A stretch of DNA of 64,000 nt, from NCBI GenBank assembly GCA_951406725.2, contig OX597814.1, positions 14,756,001 through 14,820,000 of the forward strand, written 5' to 3'. The DNA is from Octopus vulgaris (Eukaryota). The notes under the pieces were generated by a model that did not search any database, had not been told where the DNA came from, and saw nothing but the letters and a program-made list of their open reading frames with translations. Below, piece after piece: positions 39,607 to 53,921 of the stretch. Position 1 is the stretch's first letter. Every line of letters starts with the position of its first letter. A program made the translations under genes and the position numbers.

Positions 39607-40205
39607 TGTAATCGATGCCTGTTATGAAGGAACGTCTCGTAGGCTAGTGTAATTGTATGACACGGTTCTTAAAGCATGCAGGTTAAAGAAAATTAATGTC
39701 GCCATACGCACGTGTGTACATGATCTCATAGTAATATATATAGAGAGAGATGGTAATGTTACAGAGAAAAGAAAGCGAGTTAGAGAAAGTGAGAGTGGCG
39801 GGACGAAACAACTGCTTCGTTCGTGAGTCACCATCGTAGTCTGTTTCTAACTTTTCCTTCAGAGACGGCATTTTGTTCAGCTGGTCAGCCAGACTCGGTT
39901 CTCACTGACTGAGTTTGACTTACAGAGTTCTTGTTTTTATAACTATCCAAAACCAGCCAGAAGGATAGACATATTGTTGAGAGCAATAGATTTCGTTGTC
40001 GGTCTGTTACCTCTATTCTACTTTTTGATGGCCTACAAGAGTTTAGAATGGTCAAGTGGCAAAGAAATTATTCTGCTTAGTGAATGCATCTGGCAAATGT
40101 AATTGCTGTCCCTATAGTTTTACCGCGAGAAAATTGCTGTTGAACTGTTAAGTGAAATTTGGCGTTCGAGGATCGTAACTAGGCTATGCCTGCATGAAGC
40201 CACCT
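39607..40205 (-). mobile_element. Solo LTR paralogous to the element at 15838-18649
   Basis: Same left flank CTCTTATATATA|TGTAATCGATGCC, with only one LTR. An inverted partial copy lies at about 41325-41500. Confidence 0.82.
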
Positions 40206-40215
40206 CTATCCCCCC

Positions 40216-40268
<53 letters not shown>

Positions 40269-40496
40269 GAGAAAGAGAGAGATAGTTAGATAGATAGGTG
40301 TATATATATATATATATATATATAATAATAATAAATATTAGGGAATAAATCCAAATTTACAGGGAAAAATCAGATTTAGGACTGAATCCAATTTTATAGT
40401 AAAATATTATATTATATTGATAAATTTATATTATTTATATTTTTTAGTCATTTTAAATTTATATCTTAAAATATTGATTATTTTTAGATCTGAATA

Positions 40497-40542
40497 CCAC
40501 CTGATCAATGTCCTTAGAAGAGACACGAAACAATTGTAGTGG
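40497..40542 (+). ncRNA. Hammerhead-like motif, probably inactivated (G8C)
   Basis: CCAC CUGAUCA A UGUC..GACA C GAAA CAAUUG UA GUGG. Confidence 0.5.
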
Positions 40543-40924
40543 CGAATTTAATTTTATCTAATTTATATTAAATTTTTTACGTATTGGATTAAGTCTTTCT
40601 TTGTTTGATTTGCATAATAGTGGTTTTGTCTCTAATTAATATTATATATATATATATATATACAAATTGAGATAGGGGTTGTAAATGCAACCCTCTATGG
40701 GATAACATATATCCAATATACTGCTAGTGAAGTACCCAACAAAGTTAATACATAAATGTTAAGGATTGCGATGCAATCAATTCATTTACTGTATTATATG
40801 GGCAAAGGTAAAATGATTTACCACAAATTACTAATACAAGATAAGAAAATGGAGAAGGTGGTTTAATAAAGTATGTGATTGAGTATTATCTGGTAATTGA
40901 TATTTGATTTAGATTAATTTCTGC

Positions 40925-40966
40925 GCTACATTGACAAGGAGCAATACCCCGAAACGCGTCTGTAGC
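40925..40966 (+). ncRNA. Minimal hammerhead-like motif, U3-A8 variant
   Basis: GCUACA UUGACAA GGAG-CAAUA-CCCC GAAA CGCG UC UGUAGC. Confidence 0.62.
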
Positions 40967-41192
40967 TGTCGGACTGGCAGTGTGAAGCGGCTGACCTCCC
41001 TTGTTCGAAGGTTATAATGGATACAGATCGTGTATCAATAGCTATCTTAAGGCGGTGGTCTCATGGAGCTGACCAGCGGCAGCGATTATTCTTATATCTA
41101 TAAGAATGCCATATTAATATGGCGATAACAATTAATTTCCAGTAAACGCTGCCGTAATCTCTTTTATAGAGACTTAGTAATTTTAATATTTC

Positions 41193-41265
<73 letters not shown>

Positions 41266-41544
41266 CATACACATACAAACACATGTACATATATATAGAC
41301 AGTTTGTGTGTGTGTGTGTGTAAAGGTTGCTTCATGCAGGCATGGCATAGTTTCGATCCTCGAGCGCCAAATTGCACTTAACAGCTCAACAGCACTTTTC
41401 TCGCGGTAAAACTATAGTTTTTCTGTCACTCACAGTAGTTACATTTGTCAGATGAATTCAGTAAGCAGAATAATGTCTTTGCCACTTGACCATTCTAAAG
41501 TTGACATACCTGTTTTTCCGTTCTATTTTTAATACACTATGCAG

Positions 41545-41607
<63 letters not shown>

Positions 41608-42333
41608 TAGATAGATATCGGTAGTAGACAATATAAACTGCATAGTGTATTAAAAATAGAATGAGAAAAAACACAAGTCAACGTAGTTTACATTCAACTT
41701 CCTATTTACTTAGACCACTACGTTTGCACAGTAATCCTCACCACAGGAATTTGTGATAACCGGGTAAGTAAACAAACAATAAGAGAAAGTATAATCTATG
41801 TTGTTGCTACTTTTACACCTCTTCTCTTTATGTATAATAATTTACCATTTGTCTGATAAATGTTAAATTCCAAACGAATTCATTTCCTTTGCTAGAAGAA
41901 TATTTTTGGCTGAATTTTAAAATTCTATAAGATAAGTTTTATGTCACATGGTGATCTCGCTATGTCAAACTTTCCTTGGTTGACTCATCACTGTCTTATA
42001 CACAGTGACTTATTCACAGACGAAAGCAGCATCTTAAGAATATCACGTACTTGTTGTGATATGAAGGGTGTCGTCTATCATGAATTGCTTAGCAACCACG
42101 AAACAATTATTGCGGAGACGTATAGATTGTAATTCTGCAATTAATAATGAGGGAGTCAGATTTTATGTATTAATTAAATCTACTCAAACGGAAGAAAGAT
42201 CTACATTCCCCTCTTGATATGCGATAGGAAATTCCAGCCAAGAAAGCGCAATCGGAACAATGTGATATTGACATTGAAACACAGTATTACTTCCGTCTTT
42301 ATGAAGGTAAAGACTCCCAAAGTATGTTAGCAA

Positions 42334-42404
<71 letters not shown>

Positions 42405-42585
42405 AACTAAAATTATTGAACAAACAAATGCAAGGTCATCCGCATATCATTTCATAATTCGAACATTTAATTATAGAATAAACATATAACCCGCAAGATG
42501 GAACAAAATTCATATGTATAGCACGTAATGATAATAATATGGTGCGAGAAAAATTCTGACAAGAAACAATTATTGTATTATTAAT

Positions 42586-42642
<57 letters not shown>

Positions 42643-42706
42643 CCTCAGAGGGTATCTCTCTAGGTGCAAACCCATGGTCAGTGCCTGACCGAAGGGGGTC
42701 TTTACC

Positions 42707-42759
<53 letters not shown>

Positions 42760-43151
42760 TCTTTTACTCTTTTTACTCTTTTACTTGTTTCAGTCATTTG
42801 ACTGCGGCCATGCTGGAGCACCACCTTTAGTACTTATTCTATCGGTCTCTTTTTGCCGAACCGCTAAGTGACGGGGACGTAAACACACCAGCATCGGTTA
42901 TCAAGCAATGCTAGGGAGACAAACACAGACACACAAACACACACATATATACATATATATACATATATACGACAGGCTTCTTTCAGTTTCCGTCTACCAA
43001 ATCCACTCACAAGGCATTGGTCGGCCCGGGGCTATAGCAGAAGACACTTGCCCAAGGTGCCACGCAGTGGGACTGAACCCGCAACCGTGTGGTTGGTTAG
43101 CAAGCTACTTACCACACAGCCACTCCTGTGAAACAAGCCTATATTAATTTG

Positions 43152-43683
<532 letters not shown>

Positions 43684-43722
43684 CTATATCATATATAAAT
43701 ATGTATATATATACATATACAT

Positions 43723-43820
<98 letters not shown>

Positions 43821-44321
43821 TATTTGTCGATATGGTCGCTCAGTGCTATCTGCACTGAGCGACCATATCTTTAGATGTGCAAGTAACAACACGTCGAATT
43901 TTCATATCTTCCCATTATACCAATGCAAAGATTCAATCTCAGTACAAGAACGCCGCAATATAAAAATTTGACCATTTAAAAAATTAAGCTAAGGAGCCAG
44001 TTGTCCCCCTTGCTAGCTGTTGCTTCCCTTGTTTCACTCTCTAGATTTCAAACCTCCAAAATGAAGAAGCTTCTCTGTCACGAGAGCTTATTACTGTACA
44101 ATGTCCCTCGAAAAGGTAATTTAAATAGCGAAAGCCGTTGGATTTCACGACAACCATATAATATGTATATATCTATAAAAAAGATATTAAGCTATATGAA
44201 ACAAAGGAATTTCTCTTCCACATTTTACATATTTTTTTTTCTACATATTTTCAACTCACAATTTTGCCACGTCGTGTGTTCTGAATCTTTAGTATCTTTA
44301 CACCTTGTATATTTTTATACT

Positions 44322-44410
<89 letters not shown>

Positions 44411-44489
44411 ATTGCAGCGTGGAAGGTGGATGTAAGCCATTTAGGAAACACGCAAAAGCCGTTCGATTCACTTCAACATTTAAGTTTAA

Positions 44490-44539
44490 TTTGTCAAAAT
44501 ATTTTCGTCGCTAAAATCCGCGACCTGTTCACTGACAAA
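44490..44539 (-). ncRNA. Minimal hammerhead-like motif, G3-C8 variant
   Basis: UUUGUCA GUGAACA G GUCGC-GGAUUUUA-GCGAC GAAA AUAU UU UGACAAA. Confidence 0.58.
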
Positions 44540-44559
44540 AATCCGTGCTGCATCTCGAG

Positions 44560-45050
44560 GATTGAATCACCTCAGAGGGCACTCACTAAATGAATTGACT
44601 GCTCTTGATTATTGTGATCGCCTTAAAGCCTTGAAACTCTACTCTCTCCAGCGCCGCCGCGAGCGGTACATCATTTGTACGATGTGGAGAATATATCGCC
44701 AACTTTGCCCAAACGACCTGAACATTAGTTTCAAGGTTCATCCAAGGCTGGACCACGGGCCATACGTCCCCAGCCCAATTCAGGATCACATCATATAGGT
44801 AGACTGCAACATAATTTCTTTTCCTCAACAGGCCCTGCCCTGTTTAACATTGTCCCGAAAAAGATCACAAAGGAAAAGGATCCCATCACCTTTAGACGGA
44901 ATCTGGACAGATTTCTTCAAGGAATAACAGTTTAGCTCCCCATACTTGGATACAACTCACTAAAAAAGAACTCACTACTTGACTTAAACAGGATTTAGAT
45001 AATCCTATCAGGTGGTGCTATTAAATTAGACATGGCCTGGACCATTCGGT
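44560..45050 (+). mobile_element. CR1/L2-like LINE 3' fragment
   Basis: LDYCDRLKALKLYSLQRRRERY motif. Confidence 0.7.
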
Positions 45051-47106
45051 GCGAAAGGCTTTTGTTATGCGGTACTCTTTCGCTCCAACTTTCTCTCACT
45101 CTTTTTTCCTGTTTCTTATCCCCGACTTACTACGCAACCGCTGAGCCTCGATGGGCATTCATCCATCCGTCGATGTTCTCGCTGTCGGGGGTCGACCTGC
45201 TTCCCCTTCTGCGGGTCTTACGAATAGCAAAGGACCACGTTTCGGACTTCTCCCACTACAGACAATCCTGAGGCGCGATCTTGCGAGCTCTGGGACGAGG
45301 ACTGCTTCGCTCAACAAACAAACAAACATAGCAGTAGCAACAACAACAACAACAGCAACAGCACCAACATCAAAAAGAGAAAAAACAACAGCAATAATAA
45401 TAATTGTGACGCACATATGGTTGTGATGCATGTGCCTGGTGTACCCTTATCAGAAGTATAGTCATGATGGGTATATTGGGCTTCGTATATATTTCTTTAC
45501 TACCCACAAGGGGCTAAACACAGAGGGGACAAACAAGGACAGACAAAGGGATTAAGTCGATTACATCGACCCCAGTGCGTAACTGGTACTTAATTTATCG
45601 ACCCCTAAAGGATGAAAGGCAAAGTTGACCTCGGCAGAATTTGAACTCAGAACGTAACGACAGACGAAATACGGCTACGCATTTCGCCCGGCGTGCTAAC
45701 GTTTCTGCCAGCTTCGTATATTTTTACCCCAGTATCACTTTGATGGCATGCACTGCTCCCTCAGTCAATAATAATAATCCCTTCTACAATAGGCACACAG
45801 CCTGGATTTTGTAGGGATGGGGTCAGGCTATCACACCGATCCCAGTACTCAACCGGTACTTAATTCATCAACCCCTAAAGGATGAAAGACGAAGTTGACA
45901 TCGGCGGAATCAAAATATTAATAATAATGATAATAAAGGAAGTAAAGAGAACCTTGCCATAATGACCCACCCGAGAATCAAGAAAACTCTGATATAAATA
46001 TATAGAAAATCACGAATGCAAGACAATTTGGTTAATGTGAATATATTTTGTGTAAATGTGTACGTGCACAATTACAAATACACATTCTTTCTATCGCACA
46101 CACACACACACGTACACACACACACACACGTACACACACACACACGTACACACACATAAACACAGAGGCACACACACCACGTCCATACATATATGTTTTG
46201 ACTGCATCCGTGCACGTTGTGCATACTGAAAGTAAAACCTTTGTTTGAGTTCACGGACTGGACGCCTTGCTATTTCAGTTAGGAGGTCACTCCTTTTCAG
46301 TTTGGACCAATTAGCTTAGCATTTTCTGCAGATTTCGTGTTCTTGACGTTTCGGGGGATAAATGTGTTTGGATCGAGAGTAAGTTTGTATTTACTCAAGC
46401 GTACTTAAGCACCTAAAATATTAGCGAAGACTTTCAGCTACGGTTTCCTATATACATATGTACGTGCAGAGATGTGCAATCTCACCGCCTTCAACACATA
46501 CACGCGCATATCAGCATGATTTGGTTTTGATAATTTCCCCTATAGTATTCGCTTGAAAAAGCATCTTTCATGCTCATTCTTTTTTTTTTTTTTACTCTAG
46601 GCACAAGGCCCGAAATTTTGTGGGAGGGGGCGAGTGGATCAGATCGATTTCAGTACGCAACTGGTACTTAATATATCGATCCCGAAAGGATGAAAAGCAA
46701 AGTGGACCTCGGCAGAATTTGAAATCAGAACGTAATGACAGACGAAATACCTATTTTTTTACTACCCACAAGGGGCTAAACACAGAGAGAACAAACAAGG
46801 ACAGACAAACGGATTAAGTCGATTATATCGACCCCAGTGCGTAACTGGTACATATCATATTTAATCGACCCCGAGAGTATGAAAGGCAAAGTCGACTTCG
46901 GCGGAACACAGAACGTAGCGGCAGACGAAATACCGATAAGCATTTCGCCCGTCGAACTAACGCTTCTGCCAGCTCGCCACCTCATAATGACCATTATATT
47001 AATTACATATACTTTTAGTTTGAGTAGAATTTCTTGTGAAGTGCATCGTAGATTGCATTTCAGTTTAGAAATATTAAATCAAATTTCACAAAATATAATA
47101 TATATA

Positions 47107-47371
47107 TATTAAAATTAGAAAAAAAAACACCTTTTATCAATTCAAAATGAACAATTAAATTACACATTCTAGAAAATTACATATAATAGAAATATTAAAA
47201 TTACAATAATATACCGAAGATTAAGTAAATAGCAAAAAAATAATAAAAACGTATACTCAATCTTCAGTATATTATTGTTATTTTAATTTTAATATTTCTA
47301 TTATATGTAATTTTCTAGATGGTGTAATTTAATTGTTCATTTTGAATTGATAAAATGTGTTTTTTTTTCTA

Positions 47372-47378
<7 letters not shown>
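47107..47378. repeat. AT-rich palindrome with arms of about 120 bp
   Basis: AAATTAGAAAAAAAAACAC...GAAGATTAAGT and ACTCAATCTTC...GTGTTTTTTTTCTAATTT. Confidence 0.85.
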
Positions 47379-47415
<37 letters not shown>

Positions 47416-49307
47416 ATAATAAAATATTAGGGAATAAATCCAAACTTACAGGGAAAAATCAGATTTAGGATTAAATCCAATTTTATAGTATAAATATATT
47501 ATATTATATTACATTAAATTAAAGATAAAACCACTATTAGGCAAATCAAACAGTGAAAAACATAAGCCAATACATAAAATTAATTTTAAAATATAAAAGT
47601 TAAAAATAAAAAATTATTTAAATAATTTAAACTTATAAATTTTATATATAAATATACAAATATATATATATATATGTATGTATGTATATTTTTTATTTAT
47701 ATATTATTTTATTAATTAATTAATTAATTAATTTATTTATTTATTTATTTTTTAAATATATATCAAAAGTAATAAAAGCTTAATAAAAGATAAATAGATA
47801 AAGATAAAAAATAAATAAATAAATAAATTAATTAATTAGTTAATAAAATAATATATAAATATAAAAATATACATACATACATATATATATATATTTGTAT
47901 ATATATATAAAATTTATAAGTTTAAATTATTTAAATAATTTTTTTATTTTTAACTTTTATATTTTTAAATTAATTTTATGTATTGGCTTATGTTTTTCAC
48001 TGTTTGATTTGCCTAATAGTGGTTTTATCTCTAATTTAATATAATATAATATATATATATATTCCTTTATTTTTTTGTTCTTTCACTTCATTCAGTCATT
48101 TGCAGCGGCCATGCTGCAGCACTCACATGAAAGCTTTTTGTCAAACAAGTCAATCCCAGAACTGAATTTCTAAGCCTAGTACCTATTCTAACGGTAACTT
48201 TTGCTATACCACTACGTTGCGGAGACATCATCACAACAACACAGCTTGCCGAGCGGTCATGCGGGTGTGCACAAAGACGCGCATGCACGCACTCTCTCTC
48301 AAACACACACACATGCACGCTCATGCACACACACACACACTCACACACATACTCACGCACACACAAATACACGCATACACATATTCGACAGGCTTCTTTT
48401 AGCTTCCGCCTACGAAATCCACGCACAAGGCTTTGGTCGGCCCGAGACTATAGCAAAACACACTCGCCTGGGGTGACACGCAGTCGGACTGTACCCGAAA
48501 CCGTGTGGTTGGGAAGCGAGCTACTCACTACAAATCCACGACACACACAAAGATAGCTATATATATATTTCTTTACTACCCACAAGGGGCTAAACACAGA
48601 GAGGACAAACAAGGACAGACAAATGGATTAAGTCGATTACATCGACCCCAGTTGCAACTGGTACTTAATTTATCGACCCCGAAAGGATGAAAGGCAAAGT
48701 CGACCTCGGCGGAATTTGAACTCAGAACGTAACGACAGACGAAATACCGCTAAGCATTTCGCCCGGCGCGCTAACGTTTCTGCCAGCTCGCCGCCTGTAA
48801 ATAGATAGCTATATATATGTTGTACTGATCTGTTATAGGTGGGTTCAGAAATACTGTTCAATATATACAAGAATTAAACGTGAGCAATACTTCTGACCTT
48901 GCGATAGTTGCAGCTTGTATTGCATCTTGTATATCATCACGTAAGCGTTGAAGCGGGAACGCAATGCAGCTGTTATCTGAGAAGCAAGGAGAGAAACATA
49001 GCAAAAAAAATGAAAGCAAAAAATTGGGAAAAGAAACAATTGAAAATGAATAGAAGTATGATAGATAAGAGTTGTGTCCCTTTGAATAGGAATTATTGTT
49101 TGGTGAGGTGAATTCGACTATGAAAGTTTTGTGAGGCTCTATGAAACATTATATAATTTCTAAAATGTACACCTCATTGGAGTAGCTACAATACTTCGAT
49201 CAAAGGAAATGTGGGTTTAAGTTTATCGGTATGCAATTAATTTGACATGAAAATAAGTATATTTTAAAGCTTATTTCGATAAATTTATGCGCTATCAATA
49301 TAGCCTT

Positions 49308-49610
49308 CTCGAAAGAGCTGTTCTTCCCTCCTGCTCCAGAGCGTGGGCTGCGGGGTCACTCCGAAAAGCTCTATCTACGACGATTTCATCTCAATCGAAG
49401 GAGAAGGGCTTTCTCCGTCAGGGTTGCGGATCCGTGGAATAAGCTGCCGGACGAGATAGTGAAGATGCCGACGACCGCTCGGTTCAAAGTCTCCCTTGAC
49501 TAGAAATGGCCTGAACTCATTGTATGACCACCCTCCCTGTACATAATTCCCTGTCCCCCTACATGGCCTTTCTTTTGCTTTTTGAGCCAATAAAAATTTA
49601 ATTGAATTGA
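49308..49610 (+). mobile_element. CR1-like LINE 3' fragment (unit 3 only)
   Basis: RGHSEKL...AFSVRVADPWNKLP, followed by an (ATTGA)n tail. Confidence 0.8.
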
Positions 49611-49954
49611 ATACCGACCACAGCGTCCATTATTCACATGCATAAGTTGAGAAAACTAACTCACAGAAGTTTTGGGAGTCGTCGACTACACTCACCATGG
49701 TTTAGATGGCCTACGGAAGCCTTGCCCGAGTTGTGATCACTGTTTCATGCAAATAGTTTTGTGGATCGATAAGCAGAAGCTGGGTGTCAGGTGAGACACA
49801 AAACTGGCGAATTGCACAGAAGAGAATCTCATGTACCACCGTCAGAGTCACAACCCATTCAGACAACCCCTCTGTCGAATTGTAGGGGCACAATGAAAAA
49901 GTGAACGGTGTAACTTCTCGCCTTCAGTTTCAGAGGATAACTAGTGCCCGATTT

Positions 49955-50340
49955 AGTGGAGGCGCAATGGCCCAGTGGTTAGGGCAGCGGACTCGCGGTC
50001 ATAGGATCGCGGTTTCGATTCCCAGACAGGGCGTTGTGAGTGTTTATTGAGCGAAAACACCTAAAAGCTCCACGAGGCTCCGGCAGGGATGGTGGTGATC
50101 CCTGCTGTACTCTTTCACCACAACTTTCTCTCACTCTTACTTCCTGCTTCTGTTGTACCTGCATTTCAAAGGGCCGGCCTTGTCACTCTCTGTGTCACGC
50201 TGAATATCCCCGAGAACTACGTTAAGGGTACACGTGTCTGTGGAGTGCTCAGCCACTTACACGTTAATTTCACGAGCAGGCTGTTCCGTTTATTCGGATC
50301 AACCGGAACCCTCATCGTCGTAACCGACGGAGTGCTTCCT
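49955..50340 (+). mobile_element. SINE family C with an exact 14-bp TSD
   Basis: CTAGTGCCCGATTT at 49941-49954 and 50341-50354. Confidence 0.92.
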
Positions 50341-50995
50341 CTAGTGCCCGATTTGCGGTAGTGCCTTCTAGGTAAGCATCGGTCTAGCGGGCCAACGCAG
50401 GAGTAACCATGTTCCGTTTTCGGCAGCTATGTGATTTCCTTGCTTACGTATTTGATTTATACCACGCAATTACTGAGCTTACCTTCCATATAGAATTTGG
50501 CTTACGACATATTTGCCTATTTTGTTTGCAGAGACAACTTGAGTTCTTGAACAAAACTTTTATTACGTTCTAGGTGTGTTTCCTAAGATTCTTTGATGCT
50601 TATTTATGTTCCAAATTATGCATGTTGTCAACTAAAATCTGAAATTCTGCATTCATTAGTTAGTAGGTAGTATGTAAATTATGGTGTTATTCCTTATCAT
50701 ACTGAGAGAAAATAATCTGTAAAATGTGGACTTTGAGATTTTTCATAGGTTTTTTTTACCATCTTGAAGTAGTTGTTGTCGTAACACGTTAAGCAAATAG
50801 AAAACAATTTTTCGCGTATTTGTTCAGTTCTTGTCTCAGTTCGTTCGTATCGCGGTACGGGCGAGGTAGTAACTTTAAATTTATACCTGGATTAAATGAG
50901 ACGCTCTTCATATGCCTGTTTCGTAGTCGCAGAGACGAGGTCAAACTGTATAAACGGTGATAGTATTAAATCAAAAGTACTCTTCCTTCCATTGT

Positions 50996-51026
<31 letters not shown>

Positions 51027-51369
51027 AATCAATTGTATACAGTGCTCAGGTGCACACAACTTGTCAGAAAGTGCATATAAAGTACATGCAGTAATGTAGA
51101 AATGTCTGGAAAGCGAACAATGTATGAGTCAGATACAGGCTTGTGTGTGTATGGAGGGGAGAAAATCAAGTGTAGTGTTGGCGAATCTCAGGAAGCATGG
51201 AAGTTTTGAAGGATGCAGTGCTCCGACAACTAACAACTGATGCCGGCAGTTTGTTCCATGCTTCAGCAACTCTCAGCGTGAAAAAATGTTTCCTGAAGTC
51301 ATGGGAGCTGTGCTGTTTTCTTACTTTGTAAATATGTCCACGGGTGTTAGATGGGTGGAGTTTGAAAAG
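50996..51369 (-). mobile_element. CR1-like LINE 3' fragment (unit 3 only)
   Basis: NTRGHIYK...FFTLRVAEAWNKLP with a (TTA)n tail. The site is empty in units 1 and 2 (CCATTGTGGAGGAGG). Confidence 0.82.
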
Positions 51370-51541
51370 GTGGAAGAGGAAAATTGCTTCACTAAATTTA
51401 ACTGCATATTTTTGGGCTAAGTGCATTTATTCGTGTTCAGCTGTTCATGTAGTCAGTGAGTGGAGATTTACAGGTTTTATTCAGGTCAGAGAATGAAAAT
51501 ATGAACAAAAGAAAGGACACGTTATGTATTGAAATATATTT

Positions 51542-51547
51542 TTTATT
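51542..51547 (-). terminator. Putative polyadenylation signal, IL-17 copy 3
   Basis: Paralogous AATAAA with the GU-rich downstream element. Confidence 0.55.
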
Positions 51548-51723
51548 GATATTAGAATCCAGTTCTTTATAATACAATAAATATATGATACAAATTAAGA
51601 TATATATGTCTTATGTCTTGAATTATTGAAAAACAATAGAAAAATATATTTAAACACTTCTAATATAATTTTAAATATATACATAGAAAAAATAATTAAT
51701 ATATTTTTTTAAAATGTCATTTC

Positions 51724-51764
<41 letters not shown>

Positions 51765-52036
51765 GGTGCATCTGTGTGCCTGCAAATACACACAGACACT
51801 GACGCCTACATCTGCTCACACACATACATGAAATTACGTTAAAATATATACAAAAATATTAAAAAAAAAGACTCCGCCGGTTACGACGACGAGGGTCCCA
51901 GCTGATACGATCAACGGAACAGCTACAAAAATATAGATATAATGTGTTTCAAATTTATATATCGGATAAAATTAGATATTTATGTAAATATTACATAAAC
52001 ATCATTATTAGTGAGAATGTACTGGTGGACTGAGTA

Positions 52037-52368
52037 ATTAAAAAAGACTCCGCCGGTTACAACGACGAGGGTCCCAGCTGATACGATCAACGGAACAGCT
52101 TGCTCGTGAAATTAACGTGCAAATGGCTGAGCATTCCACAGACACGTGTACCCTTAACGTAGTTCTCGGGGATAATCAGCGTGACACAGAGAGTGACAAG
52201 GCTGACCCTTTGAAATACAAGTACAACTCATTTTTGCCAGCTGAGTGGACTGGAGCAACGTGAAATAAAGTGTCTTGCTCAAGGACACAACGCGTCGCCG
52301 GGAATCGAACTCACAACCTTACGATCATGAGCCGAATGCCCTAGCCACTAAGCCACGCGCCCTCACGC
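52037..52368 (-). mobile_element. tRNA-derived SINE, family D, in the IL-17 copy 3 3' UTR (short piece at 51860-51925)
   Basis: GGCGCGTGGCTTAGTGG and GAGTTCGATTCCC boxes, flanked by an ACTGAGTA duplication. Confidence 0.82.
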
Positions 52369-52845
52369 ACTGAGTACTAGTTTTTAAATAAATATATGAT
52401 ATGGATATGGATTGAAAGACTCTTGTGTTTATCACAGTAATCACCCCTGTCAATTCCCGTGATCAATTACAACATGTTGTAATGTCAAATATCTGTGGAC
52501 CCAAACTTTCTCTATTTGAATCAATTTGTGAATATAAAATTGTTTTGTAAAAGGATGAGCAATGATTTCAACGAAAACATGTAAGTATAAATCGTTGCAT
52601 AGTGAAATTAATACTTGAAGAAAGTTGTGAAACGGTTGTAATCCTACGAAAATTAGGAGTAAAATATAATATATATTCATCTGTGAAGCCTCCTAAATTT
52701 ATACATTGCTTTCTGTACGTGTGTATGTATGTATGTATGTATGTATGTATGTATGTATGTATGTATGTATGTATGTATGTATGTATGTATGTATGTATGT
52801 ATGTATGTATGTATGTATGTATGTATGTATGTATATGTATGTATG

Positions 52846-52926
<81 letters not shown>

Positions 52927-53495
52927 ACACACAAACTATACATACACAGATAAATAAAACCCAAACAAAGTTAGGTACGCACTACTTCACATTTATGCAT
53001 TTATCGTTTTTGAAAGTTCTATCTACATTCTTGAAAAGTTACTGAAATGGAATGAAATGTTGTTCATTATTACAATTATGTTCCGTAGTTATGCTTTCAT
53101 ATATACGACAGAATGCTAGCAAAGTAGGATAACATGTGCATTGGAATGTGTGTGAATGGACGGTTCTTATAATGAGGATTGACCATCGAGATCGGAGTAT
53201 TTAATGTTAGGAACATGTAACGTATATGTAAACATATTCAATACCATTTATCAGTTTCAAATATTTATATAAAAAGAAACTTGATATAGGTTCAGGTAAA
53301 AAAAAAAAAAGGATATTAATGATGAGTTAAATATGATAATAACTAAGATAAGAGTTCCCTTCAGTGTTTACAAAATATTAAAAAAAATAATTTGCAGAAA
53401 ATGTCTCAATAATATTTACGAAACAAAACTGATTTTTTGCCAATGAATGTATGTATGTATTTTCAAATATATATCTATATACATATAAATGTGTG

Positions 53496-53560
<65 letters not shown>

Positions 53561-53692
53561 ATATATATTTATATTTGTATGATATATGTGTATGTGTATG
53601 TATGTGTGGGTGTTTGTGTCTGTGTCTATATTTGTGAGTCTGTGTGTGTGTGTGTTTGTGAGTATGTATACACAGAAAGAGAGAGGGAGAGT

Positions 53693-53734
<42 letters not shown>

Positions 53735-53921
53735 TAGCGAGAAGAAATGAATAGCGCGAGAGCACCTATTTAAATATGTACGCTTGTATAATTTTTGTGT
53801 GTGTGCATGTTTTGTATATAGTTTCATATAACAACCACACAGTGGTTTACTTAAACTTTCATAACATTATGAAAAAGCTTTGTGTTACACACATTTGAAT
53901 GTTTGATGATTTTGGCCGATA

